From an uncultured Anaerolineaceae bacterium (lineage in GTDB: Bacteria > Chloroflexota > Limnocylindria > Limnocylindrales > CSP1-4), in contig CAZOHT010000007.1 in NCBI GenBank assembly GCA_964579825.1, positions 3,540 through 67,539 on the forward strand: a stretch of DNA of 64,000 nucleotides, written 5' to 3'. Below, in pieces: positions 44,578 through 53,337 of this stretch. A program made the translations under genes and the position numbers. The notes beneath the pieces are model-generated. The model ran no database searches. It was not told the origin of the DNA and saw only the letters and a list, made by a program, of their open reading frames with translations. The first letter of the stretch is position 1; the number at the start of each line of letters is the position of its first letter.

Positions 44578-45861
44578 TCAGGCGAGGCTGGGCGTCGGGT
44601 CCGTCACGGTCGTCGGCAGGCCTTCCAGCAACGGGTCCGTCCAGGTCCAGGCGGCGCCGTGGTGCTTGCCCACCGCGCCGTGGCGCGCCGCCTCCACGCG
44701 GAGCGGCAGCCCGAAGATCTCGATGAAGCCGACCGCCGACGCGTGATCGAACGCGTCGCCCTCGTCGTACGTGGCAAGGCTCTTGTCGTACAGCGACATC
44801 GGCGAGCGCCGCCCGGCGATGACGGCCTGGCCGTGGTCGAGGCGGATCCGGACATCGCCGGAGACGACCCGCTGCGACGAGGCGACGTACGCCCGCAGGT
44901 CGCGCGACAGGGCGCTGAACCACAGGCCGTCGTAGATGAGGCGGGCCAACTCGTCGGCCACGAAGGCGTCGAATCGGAGCGTATCGCGACTGAGGGTCAA
45001 GCCTTCGAGGGCGCGATGCGCCGTGTGGAGGATGGTCGCGGCCGGCGTCTCGTAGATCTCGCGGCTCTTGATGCCGACGAGGCGATCCTCGACGTGATCG
45101 ATCCGCCCGACGCCGTGGGCACCGCCGAGGTCATGCAGCCGCTCCACGAGTTCCACCGCCCCCAGGCGTTCCCCATCCAGGGCGACGGGGATGCCGCCCT
45201 CGAAGGCGATGACGACCTCGACTGGCGCGGGCGCGTCGGCCGGAGCGACCGTCCACTCGTACGCGTCGGGCGGCGGCGTGACCCACGGGTCCTCCAGGAC
45301 GCCCGTCTCGCACGAGCGGCCCCACAGGTTGACGTCGATCGAATATGGCGACGCCTTCGTGATGGGGATCTCGATGCCGCGCTCGGCGGCGTAGTCGATC
45401 TCCTGATCGCGGGTCAGGCCCATCCCGACGCGCATCGGCGCGACGACCTCCAGCCCGGGATCGAGGGCATGGACGGCGACATCGAAGCGGACCTGGTCGT
45501 TGCCCTTGCCCGTGCAGCCGTGGGCGACGGCGTCGGCGCCTTCGCGCTTGGCGACCTCGACGAGGAGCTGGGCGATGAGCGGGCGAGCGAGCGCGGTCGC
45601 GAGCGGGTAGGCGCCCTGGTACAGCGCGTTGGCCTGGAGATGTGGCCAGACGAAGTCGGTCACGAACCGCTCGCGGGCGTCCACGACGTAGGCGCGGGTC
45701 GCGCCGGCGGCCATGGCCCGGGCCTCGACCCCTTCGCGCAGCGACCCGCCGCCGACGTCGACGGTGAGGGTCACGACCTCGACGCCGAACTCCTCCTTGA
45801 GCCACGCGACGGCGACCGAGGTATCCAGGCCGCCCGAATAGGCGAGCACGACTTTCTTCAC
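44578..45861 (-). CDS. argG: argininosuccinate synthase
   Basis: 427 aa with ..VLAYSGGLDTSV.. and ..GCTGKGNDQVRF.. Confidence 0.93.
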   Translation of the reverse strand: MKKVVLAYSGGLDTSVAVAWLKEEFGVEVVTLTVDVGGGSLREGVEARAMAAGATRAYVVDARERFVTDFVWPHLQANALYQGAYPLATALARPLIAQLLVEVAKREGADAVAHGCTGKGNDQVRFDVAVHALDPGLEVVAPMRVGMGLTRDQEIDYAAERGIEIPITKASPYSIDVNLWGRSCETGVLEDPWVTPPPDAYEWTVAPADAPAPVEVVIAFEGGIPVALDGERLGAVELVERLHDLGGAHGVGRIDHVEDRLVGIKSREIYETPAATILHTAHRALEGLTLSRDTLRFDAFVADELARLIYDGLWFSALSRDLRAYVASSQRVVSGDVRIRLDHGQAVIAGRRSPMSLYDKSLATYDEGDAFDHASAVGFIEIFGLPLRVEAARHGAVGKHHGAAWTWTDPLLEGLPTTVTDPTPSLA

Positions 45862-45862
45862 G

Positions 45863-46417
45863 CTAGTGACCCTCCGGGGAACGATGTGGAGCGCGATCGA
45901 GTGGGATGTCGGTGGTGGCCAGCACCGCGATGGCGCGGAACCGATCGAGCCAGCGCTCCAGGCGCGACTCGTCGGCGAACAGGACCAGGAGCGTATTGTC
46001 GCCCGCCAGCGTCCCTTCCTGCTCGCGCAGGGTGGACTCGTCGATCGCCTGGGCGATGACGCTGGCCGTGCCGGGCGTCCCGGTCAGCACGAGGATGAGG
46101 CCGCTCCGCCCGACCGACACCGGGATGTCGCCCAGGATCCGGCGCAACCGCTCGTCGGAGCCCGGGACCGGGGTCGGTGCGGAGAGGACGTCCTCCGGCG
46201 CGACGTAGAAGTGGCCGCCGTCGCGCGGGGCCTTCACCAGGCCCATCTCGGCGATGTCGCGCGAGACGGTCGCCTGGGTGACCTCGAATCCCTGTTCGGT
46301 CAGGGCATCGACGAGTTCGCGCTGGCTGCTGACCGGCCGCGAGGCGATGAGCCCGCGGATGGCCCGCTGCCGGAGGCGCTTGAGGTCCTGCGTGGAGCCC
46401 GGGTGGGTGGCCGCCAT
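45863..46417 (-). CDS. argR: arginine repressor
   Basis: 184 aa from ATG 46417 with a winged-helix N-terminus (..SQRELVDALTEQGFEVTQATVSRDIAEMGL..) and a C-terminal ..GTLAGDNTLLV.. motif. Confidence 0.9.
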   Translation of the reverse strand: MAATHPGSTQDLKRLRQRAIRGLIASRPVSSQRELVDALTEQGFEVTQATVSRDIAEMGLVKAPRDGGHFYVAPEDVLSAPTPVPGSDERLRRILGDIPVSVGRSGLILVLTGTPGTASVIAQAIDESTLREQEGTLAGDNTLLVLFADESRLERWLDRFRAIAVLATTDIPLDRAPHRSPEGH

Positions 46418-47205
46418 CAGGCCGCGCCCACACCCGCCTCGCGCGACGCCGTGATGCGCGTGCCGAAGGTGGGGTCGGTGAGGGCGCGTTCGAGGGCGCC
46501 GTCCGCCGAGCCATCCGCGATGATCGCCTCGGCGCCGGCCCAGCCGAGGGCGCCCAGTGCGGCCCGGATCTTGGGGACCATGCCGCCGGCGATGACCCCG
46601 GTCTCGATGAGATGGTCCGCTTCCGCGATGGTCAGCGAGTCGAGCTTGCGGCCGTCCGCGTCGCGCACGCCGTCCACGTCCGTCAGCAGGACGAGCTGGC
46701 GAGCCCCGAGGCCGGCCGCGATCCCGGCCGCCACGTCGTCGGCGTTGACGTTGCAGACGATCCCGTCCGCGTCGCGGGCGAGCGGCGCCACGACCGGGAC
46801 CTGTCCGCCGACGAGGATGGCATCGAGGAGATCGCGGCGCAGGCCGACGACGCTCGCCACGAGGCCGAGATGGGGGATGCGCTCGGCGATGAGCAGGCCG
46901 CCGTCCACGCCGGACAGCCCGACGGCATCGACGCCGAGGTCGCGCAACCCGGACACGAGCTCGCTGTTGACGACGCCGCGCAGGACGGCCGCCGCGACCT
47001 CGAGCGACTGGGCGTCCGTGACCCGCAGGCCGCCCTCGAAGGTGCTCGGGACGCCAAGGCGCTCCAGCCACTCGGAGATCCGCTTGCCACCGCCGTGGAC
47101 CAGGACCACGGGACGGCGACGCGCGACCGCGGCCACGTCCGCCAGGACCTGGCTCTGCTCCGCGATGGTCGTCCCGCCCAGCTTGACGACGAGGATCTCG
47201 CTCAC
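46417..47205 (-). CDS. argB: acetylglutamate kinase
   Basis: 262 aa from GTG 47205 (GTGA overlap with the argJ stop) with ..VVKLGG.. and ..VLVHGGG.. and ..NVNADDVAAGIA.. Confidence 0.9.
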   Translation of the reverse strand: MSEILVVKLGGTTIAEQSQVLADVAAVARRRPVVLVHGGGKRISEWLERLGVPSTFEGGLRVTDAQSLEVAAAVLRGVVNSELVSGLRDLGVDAVGLSGVDGGLLIAERIPHLGLVASVVGLRRDLLDAILVGGQVPVVAPLARDADGIVCNVNADDVAAGIAAGLGARQLVLLTDVDGVRDADGRKLDSLTIAEADHLIETGVIAGGMVPKIRAALGALGWAGAEAIIADGSADGALERALTDPTFGTRITASREAGVGAA

Positions 47206-48578
47206 GTCGTGTACTCGCTGTTCTCGATGACGTACGCCTCGGTCAGGTCGCATCCGAAGGCTTCGCCGGTCCCGTCGCCGAGGCCAAGGTCCAGGGCGAT
47301 GACCACCTCTGGCGCGGCCATCGCGGCACGAGCGGCGTCGCGATCGAAGGCGACCGGCCCGCCCGACGAGCCGTCGAAGACGAGATGGCCCGCGATCCAG
47401 ATGCGCAGACGGGTCGGTTCCAGCGTCGCCGGCGTGCCGGCGCGCGCGGCCGCTTCGTCCGCCGAGAGGCCGGCGGCCTCCAGGACGGTCGCGATGGCCA
47501 GCGTCGCGTTCCCGGCAGCGCCCGCGATCCGACCCCAGTTCGGGTCGCGACCGTGGGCGGCCGCCTTCACGAGGCTCGATGAGATGATCGCCCGGGCGAC
47601 GGCGCGGGCCTCCGCATCGTCGCGGGCGCCGCGGACCGAGGCGGTGAGCAGCGTCGAAGCCCCTTCGCCATCGGCGGCCTGTTGGCGGGCGAGGTCGCGC
47701 GCGACGGCTTCGATCGCCGCACCCAGGGCGGCGGCCTCGGGCGTGCCGGCTCGGACCGGCGATGCGCCACCGACGCCCGAGGCCAGGACGAAGACCGTGT
47801 CGTTGGTGCTCGTGTCGCCATCGACCGACAGCTGATCCCACGTTCGGGCCGCCGCCGGGCGGAGCAGGCCCCACAGGTCGACCGGCTCGATGGCCGCGTC
47901 GGTCAGGACGATCGAGAGCATCGTGGCCATGTTCGGGTGGATCATCCCGACGCCCTTGGCGATGCCGCTCACGGTCACGCGGACCGGGCAGTCGTCGGCG
48001 TCGAGCAGCTCGATCGAGGTCGTCGCGACCTTCGTCACCGAATCGGTCGTGCGCAGCGCCTCGGCGGCGGCCGCCAGCCCGGCGTCGTCCATCGTCGCCA
48101 GTGGGTCCAGGGCCTCCAGGCCCGCGGCTACCTTGTCGAGGGGCAGGCGCGTGCCGATGACGCCGGTCGACAGGTGCAGGACGCGATCGGGTATGACGTC
48201 GAAGGCGTTCGCCACCAGCCGACCCACCTCGACCTGATCCGCCGACCCGGCGGCACCGGTCGCCGCATTCGCCGAGCCGCTCGTGGAGACCACGGCGGTC
48301 GCCCAACCGAAGCCGCCACGCGGGTCGCCCGAGCTGGCCGCCAGGTTGGCGCGAGACTGACGGACCGGGGCGGCGGCGAACGTGTTCGGCGTGAAGACGG
48401 CGGCCGCGGCGGCCGGACCCGTCGTCGTGAGGACGACGGCGAGGTCCGGCCGGCCAGAGGCCTTGATCCCGGCCGTCGTCCCGCCGGCCCGGAAGCCCGC
48501 GGGGAGGACGGCACGACGCTCCACCGCCGGGAGGCCGGCGGAGTGTTCCGGGATGGAAGGTTCGGAGATGGCGGTCAT
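47202..48578 (-). CDS. argJ: bifunctional ornithine acetyltransferase / N-acetylglutamate synthase
   Basis: 458 aa with the autoprocessing site ..HPNMATMLSIVLTDA.. Confidence 0.9.
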   Translation of the reverse strand: MTAISEPSIPEHSAGLPAVERRAVLPAGFRAGGTTAGIKASGRPDLAVVLTTTGPAAAAAVFTPNTFAAAPVRQSRANLAASSGDPRGGFGWATAVVSTSGSANAATGAAGSADQVEVGRLVANAFDVIPDRVLHLSTGVIGTRLPLDKVAAGLEALDPLATMDDAGLAAAAEALRTTDSVTKVATTSIELLDADDCPVRVTVSGIAKGVGMIHPNMATMLSIVLTDAAIEPVDLWGLLRPAAARTWDQLSVDGDTSTNDTVFVLASGVGGASPVRAGTPEAAALGAAIEAVARDLARQQAADGEGASTLLTASVRGARDDAEARAVARAIISSSLVKAAAHGRDPNWGRIAGAAGNATLAIATVLEAAGLSADEAAARAGTPATLEPTRLRIWIAGHLVFDGSSGGPVAFDRDAARAAMAAPEVVIALDLGLGDGTGEAFGCDLTEAYVIENSEYTT

Positions 48579-48585
48579 GCGGGAC

Positions 48586-49752
48586 TCACGGAGCGAGTGG
48601 GAGTTGCAGGAGGCCGGCCGTTTCCGGCAGCCCGTGGACGAGGTTGAAGGCCTGGATCGCCTGGCCGGCCGCGCCCTTGACCAGGTTGTCCTCGACGCCG
48701 ATGGCGATGATCCGCCCGGATCGCTCGTCGAGCCGGATGTGGATCCGGACCTCGTTGCTGCCGGTCACGTGCTTGGTCGCCGGGGCGGTCGGCACGACCG
48801 TCACGAACGGCTCGTCCGCATACGCCGCCTCGTACAACGCGTCCAGCTCCGCCTGGCCGATCGGCCGGGTCGGTCGGACGTGGCTGGTCGAGTGGATCCC
48901 GCGGGTCATCGGGATGAGATGGGGGACGAAGTCGACCGTCGCCGCGCCCGGATTGACGGCGGGATCCAAGCCGGCGTCGGAGGCCACGAACGCGAGCTCC
49001 TGTTCGATCTCGGCCACGTGACGGTGGCCGCCCAGGCCGTACGCCTTCACGCTCTCGTTCACCTCGCCGAACATGAGATCCGCTTTCGCCTCACGGCCGG
49101 CGCCGGACACGCCGCTCTTGGCGTCCACCACGAGGTCGCCGATCAGGCCGGCCCGGGCGAGCGGGGCGAGGGCGAGGATCGTCGCGGTCGGGTAGCAGCC
49201 GGGCGCCCCCACGATGGCCATGGGCGCGTCGACGAGCGCGGCGAGCGCCCCGCGATGCAGCTCCGGCAGACCGTAGACGGCCGCGTCCAGGAGGTCGGGG
49301 TGCGGGTGCTCGAAGCCGTACCAGCGCGGGTAGTCGGCCGCATCGCGCAGTCGGAAGTCGGGACCCTGGTCGATGATCGCCGTCCCCGCGGCAAGCAGAT
49401 CGGGCGCGAGGTCGGCCGCGGTGCCGTGGGGGAGAGCCAGGAAGACGGCATCCACCGGCGGCAGCTCGCGGTGGACGGTCAGCTCGGTCGTCCCGAGATG
49501 CGGGTGGATGCCGGCGATCGGATCGTGGTCTCGGTCTCGTCCCTGCAAGCCGACGAGATCCACGTCCGGGTGCCGCGCGAGCAGCCGGATGAGGTCCGCA
49601 CCGACGTACCCGGTCGCCCCGATGATGCCGACCCGGATGCGGCGCGGGCCGCCGGCCGGATCCAGGCCCCGTTGCGCGCGAGGGACGAACCCTGACGACC
49701 GGTCCGTCTCGGACTCGACGATCGACTCGAGCCCGGCGCTCACCGGCGCCAC
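48586..49752 (-). CDS. argC: N-acetyl-gamma-glutamyl-phosphate reductase
   Basis: ..VGIIGATGYVGADLIRLL.. and the catalytic ..GAPGCYPTA.. motif. The start is GTG 49752 or the in-frame GTG 49743. A roughly 40-aa N-terminal extension precedes the Rossmann motif. Confidence 0.88.
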   Translation of the reverse strand: MAPVSAGLESIVESETDRSSGFVPRAQRGLDPAGGPRRIRVGIIGATGYVGADLIRLLARHPDVDLVGLQGRDRDHDPIAGIHPHLGTTELTVHRELPPVDAVFLALPHGTAADLAPDLLAAGTAIIDQGPDFRLRDAADYPRWYGFEHPHPDLLDAAVYGLPELHRGALAALVDAPMAIVGAPGCYPTATILALAPLARAGLIGDLVVDAKSGVSGAGREAKADLMFGEVNESVKAYGLGGHRHVAEIEQELAFVASDAGLDPAVNPGAATVDFVPHLIPMTRGIHSTSHVRPTRPIGQAELDALYEAAYADEPFVTVVPTAPATKHVTGSNEVRIHIRLDERSGRIIAIGVEDNLVKGAAGQAIQAFNLVHGLPETAGLLQLPLAP

Positions 49753-49811
49753 CAGCCTCTCACCGGAGGATGGCTCGGATGGGTCGCCGAAACCGGAGGG
49801 ACCGTCGTCAT
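49740..49811 (-). CDS. possible leaderless 23-codon upstream ORF (MTTVPPVSATHPSHPPVRGWWRR)
   Basis: ATG 49811 lies 9 nt downstream of TATAGT (49826-49821, minus strand). Its TGA (49742-49740) forms GTGA with the in-frame argC GTG 49743. Confidence 0.3.
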   Translation of the reverse strand: MTTVPPVSATHPSHPPVRGWWRR

Positions 49812-49815
49812 GGTC

Positions 49816-49850
49816 GGATGACTATACAGCGCCCCTGCATAGTCATGCAA
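49816..49850. promoter_or_regulatory. ArgR operator: two ARG-box-like palindromic sites
   Basis: GGATGACTATACAGCG (49816-49831) and CTGCATAGTCATGCAA (49835-49850). The second contains TGCAT-N4-ATGCA. Read together, the region is a 12-bp inverted repeat ATGACTATRCAG-N5-CTGYATAGTCAT. It lies 64-98 nt upstream of argC, and argR is in the same operon. Confidence 0.65.
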
Positions 49851-49859
49851 CCACGGCCG

Positions 49860-50459
49860 TCACTCGTAGCGGATCGGCTCCACCGCGAGTCGGCGCGAGG
49901 ACGACGCGCCCCGCGTCCAGATGCGCGTGACGAGATCCGGGACCCACCAGCGCAGGAAATACAGCCGGCAGCCGAGGCAGTAGCCGGTCGTCGCCAGCAG
50001 GGCCTGGAGCGCGGCGACCGCGAGGGCGAAGCCCCAGGCCAGGGTCGTGGCATCGAACGCGAAGGCGATGAGCGACAGGGTCAGCGCGATGCTGCCCAGG
50101 ACCTGGGCGAAGCGCGGCGGATATTCATGCTCGGGCTCGGCCGGGCCCAGCTTGGCGACCTTGACGATCCGGCGCCAGATGGCCCCGTAGATCGACCAGC
50201 GGAGGCCGAACGCGGCACTCACCCCGATCGAGACGAGAACGAGCGCGACGAGCCACGGGGTGGTCGTCAGGAACGCAACGACCAGCAGGACCGCCGAGAC
50301 GCCGGCACCGAAGCGATGGCCGCGTGGATCGATCATCCGCGCCTTCGGCAGCTGGGCGGCGGCGCCGGCGGGGATGGCGGACGGCAACGGCATCGGGACG
50401 GGCTCCTCATCGGTCGGCCCCGCGCGTCGCGAGCCGTGAGGCGGCACTATACCAGACAA
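49860..50459 (-). CDS. DUF4395 family membrane protein
   Basis: 199-aa ORF with ..IDPRGHRFGAG.. and ..ATTGYCLGCRLYF.. typical of DUF4395. The start is uncertain. Confidence 0.6.
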   Translation of the reverse strand: MSGIVPPHGSRRAGPTDEEPVPMPLPSAIPAGAAAQLPKARMIDPRGHRFGAGVSAVLLVVAFLTTTPWLVALVLVSIGVSAAFGLRWSIYGAIWRRIVKVAKLGPAEPEHEYPPRFAQVLGSIALTLSLIAFAFDATTLAWGFALAVAALQALLATTGYCLGCRLYFLRWWVPDLVTRIWTRGASSSRRLAVEPIRYE

Positions 50460-50519
50460 TCCCGACCGGGTTAGTGGGGATTGACGGGGTGGGGCCGTGG
50501 TCCAGGCGGGACGGACCCC

Positions 50520-51011
50520 TCAGGCGATGATGTCGGGTCGGGCGTATGGCCCGGTCGCGACCACCTCGCCGGACGCCTCGAACGGCGCCGCGCCGTCCGA
50601 GTGGATGACGTACCGGTGGTGGACGACCGTCGCGCCGGCCGACAGCATCGCGTTGACCGGGCAGTACTTGGTCGCCGACAGCTCGATGGCGCGTCGGATG
50701 GCCGCCTCGGACAGGTTCGTGCCGGTCACGTCGTGGACCAGCTCGATCTCGGTGAAGACCTGCGGGTACTCGTCGCGCTGGCTGCCGGCGACGTGGACCT
50801 CGTAGGCAGTGACGGCTTGCCGCTTCTTCTCCATGATCGAGACGACGTCCATCGCCGAACACGACCCGAGGGCCGACAGCACCGTCTCGACCGGGCTCCC
50901 GCCCCGGTTCGACTCGCGATCGTCGAACGCAAGGGCGTGGCCGGAGCTCGGGGAGGCCGTGAACCGCATCCCGCCCTCGTGGCGCAGGTCGACGGACTTG
51001 TGGGTCGGCAT
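50520..51011 (-). CDS. OsmC/Ohr family peroxiredoxin-like protein
   Basis: 163 aa with ..ALGSCSAMDV.. and ..ATKYCPV.. (the two conserved Cys). Confidence 0.8.
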   Translation of the reverse strand: MPTHKSVDLRHEGGMRFTASPSSGHALAFDDRESNRGGSPVETVLSALGSCSAMDVVSIMEKKRQAVTAYEVHVAGSQRDEYPQVFTEIELVHDVTGTNLSEAAIRRAIELSATKYCPVNAMLSAGATVVHHRYVIHSDGAAPFEASGEVVATGPYARPDIIA

Positions 51012-51014
51012 CGC

Positions 51015-53114
51015 TCAGACGCCAACGCCGGCCGGGTCGGGCAGGTCCGCCGGCCGCATCTCGGACACGAACTGTTCCTCGTACAACCTGGCGTAGAGGC
51101 CGCCCTGGGCCAGCAGTTCGGGGTGGGTGCCGCGCTCGACGATCCGGCCTCGCTCATACACGAGGATCCGGTCGGCGCGGAGGATGGTCGAGAGGCGGTG
51201 GGCGATGGCGATCGTGGTGCGGCCCTCCATCAGGCGCTCGAAGGCGGCCTGGATGAGCCGTTCCGAGACGGTGTCGAGCGCCGACGTCGCCTCATCGAGG
51301 ATGAGGATGCGCGGGTCCTTGAGGACCACGCGCGCGATGGCGAGGCGCTGCTTCTCGCCGCCCGAGAGCTTGTAGCCACGCTCGCCGACGATCGTGTCGT
51401 AGCCGTCGGGGAGCTCCATGATCCGCTCGTGCATCGCGGCTGCGCGGGCCGCTCCCTCGAGCTCCTCCTGGGTCGCATCGGGCTTGGCGTACAGGAGGTT
51501 GTCGCGGATCGACGAGTGGAACAGGTACGTCTCCTGGGTGACCACGCCGATGATCTGGCCGAGTGACTCGAGTTTGATCCGGCGGACGTCGATGTCGTCG
51601 ATCTCGACGGCGCCGTCCACGACGTCGTACAGCCGCGGAACGAGATAGGTGGTCGTCGTCTTGCCGGAGCCGGACGGGCCGACGAGCGCGACGAGCTCAC
51701 CGGGTTCGGCGGTGAAGTCGACGCCGTCCAGGCCGAAGGTCGGGATGAGTTCGATCGTGGGCATGGCCGCGTCGGGGTCGCCGGGCCCGTCGGGTGCGAG
51801 CGACTCCGGCACGAGGCCCTCGGGGAGCATCGTCTCCTGCAGGACTTCGGCGACGGAGGCGGTATCCGCGTCGGCCTGACCGTCGGCCGCGTTGCCGGCG
51901 AGCGTCTCGTGCGCCCGGGTGGACGGGACCGCCTCGGTCGGGTACTGGAAGTCGACGTCGCGGAAGCGGACCTTGCCGCGCATCGTGGCGTGGTCCAGCG
52001 CCACCGCATCGGGCGCGTCCACGATCTCCGGGTCGGTGTCGAGGTACTCGAAGATCCGGTCGAACAGGGCCAGCGAGCCCTGGATCTCGACCTGGACGTT
52101 GAGCAGCTGGCCGAGCGGGAAGAACAGGCGGCTCTGGAGCGTGGTGAACGCCACGATCGCGCCGGCGGTCGGGGCATCCGGGTTGCCGTTGGCGGCCATC
52201 GTGCCGGCCAGCCAGTACACGAACGCGGGCAGGATCGAGAAGATCGTGCCGATGATCATGAAGAACCAGCGTCCGACCATCGCCTGGCGGATCTGGAGCG
52301 CCGCGAGGTCGCGATTGATCCGTCGGAACTTGTCGATGGCGGTCTGCTGCTGGCCGAACGTCTTCGACAGCAGGATGCCCGACACGCTGAGCGTTTCCTC
52401 GGTCGTGGCGGTCAGCTCGGCGAGCGACTTCTGGGTCTCGGATGACACCTCGCGCCGGACCTTGCCGACCCGGTAGGTCAGGTACAGGAAGAACGGCGTG
52501 ATCCCGAGCGACAGGATCGCCAACTGCCAGCTGAGCAGGAACATGGCGACGACCGTGCTGATCGCGACCGCCAGGTTGCTCGTGATGGAGCTGGCGGTGT
52601 CCGTGACGACCGTCTGGACGCCGCCCACGTCGTTGGCGAGGCGACTCTGGATCTCGCCCGTCCGCGTCTCGGTGAAGAAGCGCAGCGGCAGACGCTGCAG
52701 GTGGCTGTACAGGGCGGCGCGGAGGTCCTGCATCACGTTCTGTCCGATGACGTTGTTCAGGTAGCTCTGGCCGACGCCGATCAACCCGGTGATGATCGGC
52801 AGGATGATCATCAGGCCGACGTACAGGTTCAGCTTGTCGTACTCACCGCCGATGATGACGTTGTCGAGCAGCAGGCCGAGCAGGAGCGGGTTGACCAGGC
52901 CGATGAGGCTCGTGGCGAGGATCGCCCCGAGGACGACCAGGACCTGGAGCTTGTACGGCCGGAAGAACGCCACGATCCGACGAAGGGTCCGGGTGCGACG
53001 CTCCTTCGGGATGGGCTCGAAGTCATGCTTCGGACCTCGGAACGAGCCGCTCGTCGGGACGCCGGCCGCGCGGCCACGCCCGCCACGCATCGTCATGTGG
53101 ATCTGCTCTCGCAC
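51015..53114 (-). CDS. ABC exporter, fused permease/ATPase (MsbA-like)
   Basis: 699 aa with a 6-TM exporter domain, Walker A GPSGSGKTTT, signature LSGGEKQRLAIAR and Walker B LILDEATSALD. An acidic insert of roughly 65 aa lies near the start of the NBD. Confidence 0.9.
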   Translation of the reverse strand: MREQIHMTMRGGRGRAAGVPTSGSFRGPKHDFEPIPKERRTRTLRRIVAFFRPYKLQVLVVLGAILATSLIGLVNPLLLGLLLDNVIIGGEYDKLNLYVGLMIILPIITGLIGVGQSYLNNVIGQNVMQDLRAALYSHLQRLPLRFFTETRTGEIQSRLANDVGGVQTVVTDTASSITSNLAVAISTVVAMFLLSWQLAILSLGITPFFLYLTYRVGKVRREVSSETQKSLAELTATTEETLSVSGILLSKTFGQQQTAIDKFRRINRDLAALQIRQAMVGRWFFMIIGTIFSILPAFVYWLAGTMAANGNPDAPTAGAIVAFTTLQSRLFFPLGQLLNVQVEIQGSLALFDRIFEYLDTDPEIVDAPDAVALDHATMRGKVRFRDVDFQYPTEAVPSTRAHETLAGNAADGQADADTASVAEVLQETMLPEGLVPESLAPDGPGDPDAAMPTIELIPTFGLDGVDFTAEPGELVALVGPSGSGKTTTTYLVPRLYDVVDGAVEIDDIDVRRIKLESLGQIIGVVTQETYLFHSSIRDNLLYAKPDATQEELEGAARAAAMHERIMELPDGYDTIVGERGYKLSGGEKQRLAIARVVLKDPRILILDEATSALDTVSERLIQAAFERLMEGRTTIAIAHRLSTILRADRILVYERGRIVERGTHPELLAQGGLYARLYEEQFVSEMRPADLPDPAGVGV

Positions 53115-53200
53115 GCCATCAGTCCGACGCTACCACGGAACCGCAGCCCGGTCCCGATCGAAGGAGACCCGAGCCAGGCCATGGCCGGCCCCGGCGGGAT

Positions 53201-53224
53201 CCACTTCCACTTCCACTTCCACTT
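53201..53224. repeat. hexanucleotide tandem repeat (CCACTT)x4
   Basis: Exact repeat, located 87-110 nt upstream of the ABC exporter start (53114) and abutting the first 21-bp repeat. Confidence 0.95.
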
Positions 53225-53225
53225 C

Positions 53226-53246
53226 TGATGACTATCAGCGGCATCA
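53226..53246. repeat. 21-bp repeat TGATGACTATCAGCGGCATCA (copy 1)
   Basis: Exact reverse complement of 53796-53816. Confidence 0.95.
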
Positions 53247-53278
53247 GGCCGCGGGCCACGAGCCTGCCCTCGCCCCCC

Positions 53279-53298
53279 GATGACTATCAGCGGCATCA
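53279..53298. repeat. 21-bp repeat, copy 2 (20 of 21 nt, same orientation as copy 1)
   Basis: GATGACTATCAGCGGCATCA. Confidence 0.95.
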
Positions 53299-53337
53299 AC
53301 CCCAGGCTCCCTGGCACACCTGCTCGAGCGCCACTCG

